Origin: a virus
DNA length: 64,000 nt
IMG/VR virus record: IMGVR_UViG_3300008111_000019
Location: 47,088 to 111,087 of that record
Strand: one strand, 5' to 3'
Below the pieces are notes generated by a model that was not told the DNA's origin, did no database searches, and saw only the letters and a program-made list of their open reading frames with translations. The position numbers and the translations under genes are program-made. Of the stretch, positions 56,711 to 64,000 are shown piece by piece. Positions within the stretch are counted from its first letter, which is position 1; each line of letters starts with the position of its first letter.

Positions 56711-57209
56711 TCGCTGGTTCCTGTGTTGGTTCGGGCTGTGTGCCAACTACATTATTTTGATTGAGGATATCTTCTACTTTGTTTTTATCTAGAGTTTTGT
56801 AACCTCTGTTGATATCACTCATTAATTTTTTAGGCATTAAAATTTTGACCATCCATATATCTTCTTGATCAATTTTGCCTTTTCTTGTTCCTGGACGAAT
56901 ATCGTCAGGAGTTTTAATTTTTCTTACTTTGGCAATTTGGCTTTCGGCATACTGTACTTTACAGCCATAATCTAAAAGGCGTTGACCACCTCTAGGTTCA
57001 GGCATTTTGTCTTTAGGCCACATAAAAGTACACTCTACAAAGTAGCGTGATTCTTTAGGACCAGCCATAAGTTCGCCGTCGATCCAGTTGTCAAAAACAT
57101 AGACATCTAGTTCGTCTATAACACGCTCAAAATCCTTGAGTATGTTTAGGCTGTTGTTGGAGCCATATATTTGCTCTATATTTTGTATAACGTCTTTGAT
57201 ATCGGCCAT
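56688..57209 (-). CDS. Hypothetical late protein
   Basis: GATAAATA (57224-57231) and GGGAG SD upstream. Confidence 0.75.
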   Translation of the reverse strand: MADIKDVIQNIEQIYGSNNSLNILKDFERVIDELDVYVFDNWIDGELMAGPKESRYFVECTFMWPKDKMPEPRGGQRLLDYGCKVQYAESQIAKVRKIKTPDDIRPGTRKGKIDQEDIWMVKILMPKKLMSDINRGYKTLDKNKVEDILNQNNVVGTQPEPTQEPANAEQPAT

Positions 57210-57271
57210 GATTTCTCCCTAAGTATTTATCGTCAAAAGTTTATCATAACACATAACTTTTAGTGCTGTTT

Positions 57272-57328
57272 GTTAAATACTTTTGTGTTCGGCTACGGAC
57301 ACTACGGTTTGAGGTCCGTGCCTAACAC
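57272..57328 (+). promoter_or_regulatory. Late-type promoter GTTAAATA plus long 5' leader hairpin of phoH
   Basis: GTGTT/AACAC, GGC/GCC, ACGGAC/GTCCGT stems (57285-57328). Confidence 0.55.
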
Positions 57329-57350
57329 TTAAAAGGAGGGCTAACCTTAT

Positions 57351-58088
57351 ATGAAGAGAAAAAGAGCAGTAGCACAAAAGTCACACTCTTATCAAGAACA
57401 GCAGTCAAATGTTATTAAGTTAGTAGATAATCAACATCAAAAGCGCCATCGCGTACAGATATATCCCAAGAACCTCAATCAAGAATCTTACCTGTTAAAA
57501 CTTAACGATCAGCAAAAAATGATAATTTTTGCTATCGGTCCAGCCGGTACAGGTAAAACCATGTTGGCAGTTCAATGGGCTATAGATCAGTTAAAGTATG
57601 GTGATGCTGATAAGATCATTATAACTAGACCGGCTGTGTCAGTAGATGAAGAGCATGGATTTTTGCCGGGAGATCTACAGCAAAAAATGGAACCTTGGAC
57701 CAAGCCTATAATGGACGTTTTCGCAGAAAACTATTATGCTAAAGAAATTACTAACATGATAACAGAGGGGGTGATTGAAACTAGCCCTTTAGCATATATG
57801 CGAGGAAGAACATTTAAGAACGCTGTGATCATCGCAGATGAAATGCAAAATGCTACGCCCAGTCAGATGAAAATGTTACTGACAAGATTAGGACAAGGCA
57901 GCAAAATGGTAGTAACCGGAGACCTACAACAGGCCGATCGTCCTTCAAACAACGGATTACTAGAATTCTTGCAGTTATATAATAACTTTGAAAATCACAG
58001 ATATGTGGATATATGCCATTTCACAGTAGGTGATATCGAACGCCATGAGGCGGTAAAGGAGATACTAGCGATATACGGTGATTCTTAA
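57351..58088 (+). CDS. phoH: PhoH-family ATPase
   Basis: GPAGTGKT, TRPAV, GFLPG, YMRGRTF, DEMQN, LTRLG, GDLQQ.D. Confidence 0.95.
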   Translation: MKRKRAVAQKSHSYQEQQSNVIKLVDNQHQKRHRVQIYPKNLNQESYLLKLNDQQKMIIFAIGPAGTGKTMLAVQWAIDQLKYGDADKIIITRPAVSVDEEHGFLPGDLQQKMEPWTKPIMDVFAENYYAKEITNMITEGVIETSPLAYMRGRTFKNAVIIADEMQNATPSQMKMLLTRLGQGSKMVVTGDLQQADRPSNNGLLEFLQLYNNFENHRYVDICHFTVGDIERHEAVKEILAIYGDS

Positions 58089-58327
58089 TCTTTAGGAAGA
58101 TAGGGGGTCAACCGATCCCCTAGCATTCTTTTGTAAAACTCGATCATGTCATCATAGCCAGCATCGGGGTTAAGTCCGTTTTTGATCACTTTCTTTTCTT
58201 TAAGGTCTAAGATGACCTTAGAACTTTGTATGTGACTCGTTCTGTAATGTCTTTTAAATTCAGTTAGTTCATCATATTTGCCATTAGGCTTTTGAACGTA
58301 ACTAACAATCATATATCTTTCATTCAT
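58085..58327 (-). CDS. Hypothetical protein
   Basis: 80-aa ORF converging on phoH. Confidence 0.7.
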   Translation of the reverse strand: MNERYMIVSYVQKPNGKYDELTEFKRHYRTSHIQSSKVILDLKEKKVIKNGLNPDAGYDDMIEFYKRMLGDRLTPYLPKD

Positions 58328-58832
58328 CTAACTTCTCCACTGTTACTCCTGCTTTTTTGAGGAATAGTATTCCAGAATCATCCCTATAAGAATTCCGATA
58401 GAAAACAGAATTAAGTCCAGACTGGTAGACCAGTTTGGCACAATCCAAGCAAGGAGCATGAGTAACAAAGAGTACAGCCCCATCGCCACTCTCGTTGGAT
58501 TTAGCCAGTTTGGCGATTGCGTTTGTTTCAGCATGTAATACCTCTGGTTTAGTTTTTAATCCGTATCTATATTCTTCTTCTGCTTCTTCGTTGTATTCTG
58601 TGTAAGGATACATCGTATCAAATTCTTCCGGGCTTAGCCAACCGCCTGCACCTGGATCCCAAACCTTATCCTCGCAGTTGTTGTCCCATCCTGCTGGCAT
58701 ACCATTGTAGCCAATAGAAATAATTCTATCATCCTTGACTACAATAGCGCCAACATGCAGTCTACGTGCATGACTAAGTTCTGCAAATATTTCTGCAGTT
58801 TTCATGTACGCTTGTTTAAATTTTTGTTTCAT
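58320..58832 (-). CDS. dCMP deaminase
   Basis: VGA.VV..IGYNG, HAETNAI, PCLDC. Confidence 0.9.
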   Translation of the reverse strand: MKQKFKQAYMKTAEIFAELSHARRLHVGAIVVKDDRIISIGYNGMPAGWDNNCEDKVWDPGAGGWLSPEEFDTMYPYTEYNEEAEEEYRYGLKTKPEVLHAETNAIAKLAKSNESGDGAVLFVTHAPCLDCAKLVYQSGLNSVFYRNSYRDDSGILFLKKAGVTVEKLDE

Positions 58833-59316
58833 CTAAGGGGTTACCTTCTGCATCTACTTCTATCCATGTATAATCGCCTAACCATTTTACACGGCAGATA
58901 TAATCATACCAATCAGGAGCACTGCTGCTCCAGTCGTCGGGACCATGCATAGTTAATATAGTGCCGCCTTTCCATGTATCGTAGGCTAACCAATAAATTT
59001 GACCGTGATATGTTTGGAATTGATATTTGGCAGCATGTACAAGATCAGTTACTTCTAGTCTTCGTTTTATACTAGCAGCCTGTTTTTGTAATACTGCTAC
59101 TAGTTCCATGATACGATTATATTCCTGTTGTCCGTGCATGCGAGCCACATTGACCATAATGTCTTTTTGTTTTTCAACAGGAATAAGATCAAATGCAGGG
59201 CCTCCTACTTCAGTAGGATAGGGAGTCACATTCTTATTAAAAAATGCAACAATATTATCGCCTACTTTCGAGTCGTAACTATTTTGACCCTTGGCAACAT
59301 TAGATTTTTTAGCCAT
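58816..59316 (-). CDS. Hypothetical protein (DUF2452-like)
   Basis: PYPTEVGGPAF..AKY.F..G.IY.L..D.TW pattern recalled; unverified. Confidence 0.5.
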   Translation of the reverse strand: MAKKSNVAKGQNSYDSKVGDNIVAFFNKNVTPYPTEVGGPAFDLIPVEKQKDIMVNVARMHGQQEYNRIMELVAVLQKQAASIKRRLEVTDLVHAAKYQFQTYHGQIYWLAYDTWKGGTILTMHGPDDWSSSAPDWYDYICRVKWLGDYTWIEVDAEGNPLDETKI

Positions 59317-60229
59317 TCAGTTTAGCCAATCTAATCAGCGTGGCACTTAGGTTAATTTCTGGATCAGCACAGATTGGATGATCTACCAATCCCTGTTTGA
59401 TGATCAATATGGCTTTGTCTTGATTATCATCACTGCCAAAGATATCAAGGTTGTTATAAAGCCAACGATAGATTTCGATGATTTCATCCGCTTGCACTTT
59501 ACCACAGAGCATTTTACGTGCTTCTTGTATCTTACCTGCCTTGAATAATTTAACCATATCAAATTTCCACTCCAACGTGCCAGTGTCACTTTGATTAGGA
59601 GTAAACAATTTGCCTTCTCTAGTATTTTGTTGTAATAGATTTATACATTTTCTTAGATCCGGATATGTTGCTTTGACATAGGTATCTAACACTTCAAGAT
59701 CAAACTCTATACATTCTTCTACTAAAATAGTTGCGGCCCTAGCAGTAAATTCTACAGGATCTAATCTAGTAAAGTGAAACTGCTGGCATCGACTATGGAT
59801 CGCAGGAACAATCATGCTAGGTGTATTGCAGGTTAAGATAAATCTACTGAAGTTGCTGTATTCTTCCATAACACCTTTTAGAGCATCTTGTGCAAAAGGA
59901 GTAAGTCGATCTGCCTCGTCTAGTAGTACCACTTTAAATGGACCAAATGGAATCATGCTTACAAAGTTAGTGATTCTTTCTTTCATTAGATCTAGACCAC
60001 GTTCTCTAGATGCATTAATTTCTAACACGTCATATTCTTCAATGCCAATTTCGTTAATCAGCATTTTGGCCATAGTGGTTTTACCTATGCCCGGAGTACC
60101 ACTTAACAAAAGATGAGGAATACTTTTTTCTTTGATCCATGTCTGTACTTGTTTTTTCTGTTCTTCATCTCGCCAAACATACTCATCTAGTTTTTTAGGT
60201 CTATACTTTTCTACCCATAGTTCTTTCAT
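59309..60229 (-). CDS. Clamp loader ATPase (RFC small subunit/gp44-like)
   Basis: LWVEKYRP, GTPGIGKTT, INAS, LDEAD, SRC. Confidence 0.92.
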   Translation of the reverse strand: MKELWVEKYRPKKLDEYVWRDEEQKKQVQTWIKEKSIPHLLLSGTPGIGKTTMAKMLINEIGIEEYDVLEINASRERGLDLMKERITNFVSMIPFGPFKVVLLDEADRLTPFAQDALKGVMEEYSNFSRFILTCNTPSMIVPAIHSRCQQFHFTRLDPVEFTARAATILVEECIEFDLEVLDTYVKATYPDLRKCINLLQQNTREGKLFTPNQSDTGTLEWKFDMVKLFKAGKIQEARKMLCGKVQADEIIEIYRWLYNNLDIFGSDDNQDKAILIIKQGLVDHPICADPEINLSATLIRLAKLNG

Positions 60230-60435
60230 AATTTTCCTTCTTTTGTAGTTTCTTTTTCAATGTAAACTTCAGGCGGATTAAACGCCTTCCAACTATCAGG
60301 TGTAAAGATTTTAACAGGTTTCCAGTATTTGTGTAGTATGTTGTTGACAACAATCGCTGCAATTACTACAACGATAAACCCTAACGTTGTCAAAACGGTA
60401 CCGGCTAAAAATACAGCCGCTTGATCCATATTCAT
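60226..60435 (-). CDS. Small single-TM protein
   Basis: Hydrophobic segment; ATGA couplings. Confidence 0.65.
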   Translation of the reverse strand: MNMDQAAVFLAGTVLTTLGFIVVVIAAIVVNNILHKYWKPVKIFTPDSWKAFNPPEVYIEKETTKEGKL

Positions 60436-60866
60436 AATCTTAATCCTTTTTCAACTTCAGCAGCCACTACTCGTCCTCGAAGTTCGGTTGTGGAGAAAGA
60501 GTGTTCTCGACGATTAAAGTAAAATTCAATACCTTTATTGATACACTCGTATTTTCCTGTAAATTCTTTTTCTGCATATTCATCTCCTAGTATTCTAACA
60601 TTAATAGGATAAGAAAGCAAGATGTCTACTAATTCTTTTTCAGTAGAATACGGAATTACTTTATCCACATATTTGCAGGCTTCTAGTTGCACGAACCGTT
60701 CAAACACCGATTGAATCGGTTTATTTTTTTCGATCGGGCGATCTATTGTAGGATCAGTTTGTAATCCTACAATAAGATAGTCGCATCGTTTTTTGGCTTC
60801 TTCTAACATTAGAAGATGTCCAGCGTGAAAGAGGTCAAAGGTTGAGCAGGTAAATCCAATTTTCAT
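60432..60866 (-). CDS. tagD: Glycerol-3-phosphate cytidylyltransferase-like protein
   Basis: FDLFHAGH, LIVGL, KP..ER..L..CKYVD, R..FSTT. Confidence 0.7.
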   Translation of the reverse strand: MKIGFTCSTFDLFHAGHLLMLEEAKKRCDYLIVGLQTDPTIDRPIEKNKPIQSVFERFVQLEACKYVDKVIPYSTEKELVDILLSYPINVRILGDEYAEKEFTGKYECINKGIEFYFNRREHSFSTTELRGRVVAAEVEKGLRL

Positions 60867-61612
60867 ACAATATTATTTTTAATTAATTTTAAAATGCGTT
60901 GACGCATTTTATATTGTTTAAAATATTCGTAGCACTTTTCTAAAGAAATCGAAGCCATTGATTGTTTTTTAAGATTGCTACATACCCATTCCGGGCTACG
61001 TTCTTGCAACTGTTTAAATTCTACATCATCAAACTCAATTAATTTAACTTTTTCTGTGGTATTAAATTTGATATAGATCAGCGGATCGCCTTCTTTAATA
61101 TCAAGTTCAGCAATTCCAGGTTTAAAAATAAATGCAGGTTTAGCAGAAGGTCGAAACCATTGGCCGATATCAAAACTAGCAGATATAGAAAATGTATTAT
61201 CGACAAAACTGTTTGATTCGTAGTAAGCAGGTAGTTGGGTAGCGATTAAACTTTTTTCACTAAAGAAAAGGTAGCCCATCCCCAGTTGGTGAATCCCAAA
61301 CTTTCCTTGCGACTCGCCTACGAATGCTTTGGTAAAATTCATTTCTTGATTTTCTACTTTAATAGAATTTCTTCCAATATGAAGTTTTAAATTTACAGGA
61401 CTTTTAATAACATAGATATTTTTCAAATCATCTACAATAGCAGGACACTTAGATACTACAGGGCCGAAAAATTCTTGATAATTCATGTGTTTTAATAACG
61501 GCACAGGTTCTAACAGCCTCATAGCAGACATCATAGCATCAGGGCCAAATCCAATCATTGCTAGATCTTGAAACCCCGGGTTGGATCTAGTCCAGTAAAC
61601 ATTTACAGTCAT
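60863..61612 (-). CDS. Hypothetical protein
   Basis: 249-aa ORF, coupled. Confidence 0.7.
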   Translation of the reverse strand: MTVNVYWTRSNPGFQDLAMIGFGPDAMMSAMRLLEPVPLLKHMNYQEFFGPVVSKCPAIVDDLKNIYVIKSPVNLKLHIGRNSIKVENQEMNFTKAFVGESQGKFGIHQLGMGYLFFSEKSLIATQLPAYYESNSFVDNTFSISASFDIGQWFRPSAKPAFIFKPGIAELDIKEGDPLIYIKFNTTEKVKLIEFDDVEFKQLQERSPEWVCSNLKKQSMASISLEKCYEYFKQYKMRQRILKLIKNNIV

Positions 61613-62019
61613 TGCTCGTAACCTTGATTAAGTAAATTTTTTTCTCTTTCTTGATAGAGATATGGTTTTAAATCTGGTGGAGTCCAGCCTAGAGGTTTAA
61701 GAACTTTGCCATCTTCACGCTTACGTACCTTACCTGTGTCTTTATCGATCTTGGCAAAGTTAGTACGCATGACTTCTTTCCATGCTCCCTCTGCATCTGC
61801 ACCCATTGAATGTATAGTGCCGATAGTAACAACTAGAATATCAATGAGAGCATCTAGTGTTTCAAGTTGATCATTGTTTTCAACCGCAACTTGTAATTCT
61901 TTAAATTCTTCTTGAATCAGACCTAAGTACATTCTAAATTGTGCTTGATCAAACTCTCCACCCGCAGATTGATCGCAGGCAGACATAAATTTCGCTTGGT
62001 CGCGAAAGGGATTAGTCAT
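61609..62019 (-). CDS. MazG-like/all-alpha NTP pyrophosphohydrolase
   Basis: LIQEEFKEL..DALIDILVV..EV.RTN.AK..REDGKVLKP. Confidence 0.85.
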   Translation of the reverse strand: MTNPFRDQAKFMSACDQSAGGEFDQAQFRMYLGLIQEEFKELQVAVENNDQLETLDALIDILVVTIGTIHSMGADAEGAWKEVMRTNFAKIDKDTGKVRKREDGKVLKPLGWTPPDLKPYLYQEREKNLLNQGYEQ

Positions 62020-62028
62020 TGTATCTCC

Positions 62029-62268
62029 TTAAGACTTTAGAATCTTAATGATACGCTTTTGTTCTTGTTCTGTCAACCACTGTTGCTCCAAATCGCCAAA
62101 GTTTGGAGCCTTGTTGAGTGCGTGGTCTATTATGGATTTGATCTGATAAAGATCTTTTTTAAATTCGAAGGCAGTAAAGCCATCATTGTAAGGACTGGAA
62201 CACTCACGACCTAGTGCGCTAATTTGATTAGCGATATCTGCAGCATCCCAGTTCTTCTTAAGACCCAT
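62029..62268 (-). CDS. Hypothetical protein
   Basis: 79-aa ORF, TAATG coupling. Confidence 0.7.
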   Translation of the reverse strand: MGLKKNWDAADIANQISALGRECSSPYNDGFTAFEFKKDLYQIKSIIDHALNKAPNFGDLEQQWLTEQEQKRIIKILKS

Positions 62269-62624
62269 TATACACTATCTACAATAACATCGTCCTCGGC
62301 AGTGGGAGCCGTTTCTGATATTGCAAGAATGCTGTTAGCATCTACTCGCCAAATGTCTTTTTCACCTTCTCCGTCATTGATTCTAATTTTTCTAGTCCAA
62401 CGACCGTGTTCAACTAGGATCCATTGACCTATTTCAACATCTTTCTGTTCAGGTCCAATTTTATAAACCTGTCCCCACCTGGGTCTGATTCCGTGACTCT
62501 TACCATTGTCACTGCGTAAGATAATACCGCTGGCTGTTTTTCTTTCCGAAAAATTCATTCCAGTTACGATCACGTGATCATGTATAGCACGTATTTTGAT
62601 ATTTTGAGTATCGTAAAATGCCAT
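62268..62624 (-). CDS. groES: GroES-like co-chaperonin
   Basis: IRAIHDHVIV..KTASGIIL..G.V..IGP..V.IG..IL. Confidence 0.8.
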   Translation of the reverse strand: MAFYDTQNIKIRAIHDHVIVTGMNFSERKTASGIILRSDNGKSHGIRPRWGQVYKIGPEQKDVEIGQWILVEHGRWTRKIRINDGEGEKDIWRVDANSILAISETAPTAEDDVIVDSV

Positions 62625-62854
62625 TATTTCTTGTTTCCTCTTGTAGCGATTTCTTCTCTAACTGCTCTGGGATTATTTTTGTAATAATCTTGCATGATCT
62701 GTTCTTTAGTTCTGACGATCTGACCGCCAGGCCCTAGTTCATCTCCCCGTGCATTAACTTTCATGTTTCCTACAGCAGGTGTAAGTTCATTTCTCAATGA
62801 CAGTTTATCCATGTCAATTGTTTTTCCCTGCATACTGGTATATGTTCTACCCAT
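62624..62854 (-). CDS. Hypothetical protein
   Basis: GNMKVNARGDELGPGG; SD AGGAG. Confidence 0.75.
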   Translation of the reverse strand: MGRTYTSMQGKTIDMDKLSLRNELTPAVGNMKVNARGDELGPGGQIVRTKEQIMQDYYKNNPRAVREEIATRGNKK

Positions 62855-62855
62855 T

Positions 62856-63320
62856 TTATTTCTCCTTGAAGAACTCTTCTATTGGTATATTGTATTTAAT
62901 CGGGTCGATCTTATGGACCCCTATGATATGAAGCACATAACTGGCCACACTAGAACCTCTGCCTACTCCCCAAACTACGTTATTGGCTCTAAGAGTATCC
63001 ACGATATATTTCATAGTTTTTAGCATGAGAATCATATCATGTTTAGCGAACAGTCTTAGTTCTTCAACTACTCTTGCTCGTATTTCCGGAGTTGGACAAC
63101 GTTGATACAACCAATCTAATATATCCATAGTTCGATATTCTTCTGGAATAAACCAATGGTCTGTATCTATATTCTGCATAGGAATTGGATAATCTAATCT
63201 TTCATCGTCTATGCGTTGCATATACTGTTTGAATTCATTAGAAATTACACAGTCGGACAATATGTCCGGACCGTGTATCATTACTGCTTCTGTTAAATCT
63301 TTTAAGTTATTTGTTAACAT
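62856..63320 (-). CDS. dnaE: Stand-alone DNA polymerase III alpha (DnaE) palm-region fragment
   Basis: R..EEL..YIVD..R..V.WGVGRGSSVASYVL..IG...IDPIKY; ends before the PDID catalytic motif. Confidence 0.75.
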   Translation of the reverse strand: MLTNNLKDLTEAVMIHGPDILSDCVISNEFKQYMQRIDDERLDYPIPMQNIDTDHWFIPEEYRTMDILDWLYQRCPTPEIRARVVEELRLFAKHDMILMLKTMKYIVDTLRANNVVWGVGRGSSVASYVLHIIGVHKIDPIKYNIPIEEFFKEK

Positions 63321-63543
63321 TAATCAGTTGATCCAAATCGCCGTCAAGTTCTGCTTGTGTACGTTCACGATATCTTTTAGATAATTCGTCTTTGTATATT
63401 GTAACAAAAGTTGCGATCTGTGTCAACAGTTCTGGCTTGCCCAGACGTGATGCTTGGTAATATTTTCTAGTCAATTCTTGGACTTTTTCTTCCAATTCGT
63501 TTTCTTTCAATGCTGAAAGATCTTCAGTAAAAGGGTGAAGCAT
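63307..63543 (-). CDS. Hypothetical coiled-coil protein
   Basis: Probable start MLHPF after upstream stop. Confidence 0.65.
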   Translation of the reverse strand: MLHPFTEDLSALKENELEEKVQELTRKYYQASRLGKPELLTQIATFVTIYKDELSKRYRERTQAELDGDLDQLINVNK

Positions 63544-63544
63544 T

Positions 63545-64000
63545 TTATGACGAGAATTGTCCAATATAATTTAGAAAAATCCTATCGGATTTATGACGCC
63601 AAACTTCTACGATAATAGGATTGCCGCCGCCTGCTGCTAATTCTTGACTAGTGATAGTAAATGGTGCAGGGAATGTTGCATTCTTTTTCAATACAGTTCC
63701 GCCACTGGTACTGAAAGTTAATGTTCTAGTTGTGCCGTCGCCATACAATTCCAAAGTAACTTTACCTACACTTGGAGGTAATGTATTGCTGTCTGGAAAA
63801 TTTTGGAATTCAATTACTGTGTCTGCGCCAAAGCGGAAAATTTGATATGTACCGTTTTCAAAATCGATGATTAGCGGAGTTGTAATAGTACCGCCATCGA
63901 AACGCTTTTCGTAATTGTCTTGCATAACTGCACGGCTGATAATAGTTCTATTGAAGTCATTATCAATATCCAATCTAGCCGCATTGGCTTCTAGATCAGT
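63545..64000 (-). CDS. Probable structural protein, C-terminal part; 5' end outside window
   Basis: Frame open to window end; beta-rich. Confidence 0.55.
   Translation of the reverse strand, partial: TDLEANAARLDIDNDFNRTIISRAVMQDNYEKRFDGGTITTPLIIDFENGTYQIFRFGADTVIEFQNFPDSNTLPPSVGKVTLELYGDGTTRTLTFSTSGGTVLKKNATFPAPFTITSQELAAGGGNPIIVEVWRHKSDRIFLNYIGQFSS

Noticed and set aside
24491-63845. Plus-strand and alternate-frame ORFs overlapping minus-strand genes (e.g. 42418-43095, 44334-44792, 31991-32341, 38863-39096)
   Set aside because: Mostly nested in better-supported genes; composition mirrors the real gene's codon bias
1-64000. Alternative genetic code (stop reassignment)
   Set aside because: Conserved enzymes are full length and genes tile densely in code 11, although TAG stops are rare
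1-64000. tRNA genes, CRISPR arrays, IS elements
   Set aside because: Intergenic gaps are short (at most ~140 nt) and show no cloverleaf, repeat-spacer or transposase signature

Overview
A 64-kb fragment of a large AT-rich tailed phage (T4-related/jumbo myovirus-like), densely coded in standard genetic code. The host is Gram-negative, inferred from a spanin pair. No tRNA, CRISPR array, intein or IS was seen. The plus strand (1-22 kb) carries baseplate genes, four paralogous tail-fibre genes and a separately promoted late operon. That operon encodes four glycosyltransferase-like proteins and four radical-SAM proteins (five rSAM domains). The minus strand (22-64 kb, except phoH) carries: (1) RNase H; (2) a dispersed 7-deazaguanine cluster (queE, folE, queD-like, DpdA/TGT-like) with an embedded GT-B glycosyltransferase, PRTase, HIT hydrolase and HhH glycosylase, but no queC in the window; (3) a probable sliding clamp and a family-B DNA polymerase; (4) a block of probable capsid-packaged proteins with T4-like targeting leaders; (5) ClpA/Def/DnaJ; (6) a lysis cassette; (7) dCMP deaminase, clamp loader, GroES and a truncated DnaE domain. 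The short intergenic spacers are rich in cis-signals: near-perfect sigma70 promoters, xATAAATA late promoters and RBS-occluding hairpins. Two candidates stand out: a tandem-hairpin operator before the polymerase and a compact pseudoknot (riboswitch candidate) before folE. All family assignments come from motif recognition by eye, not database searches.
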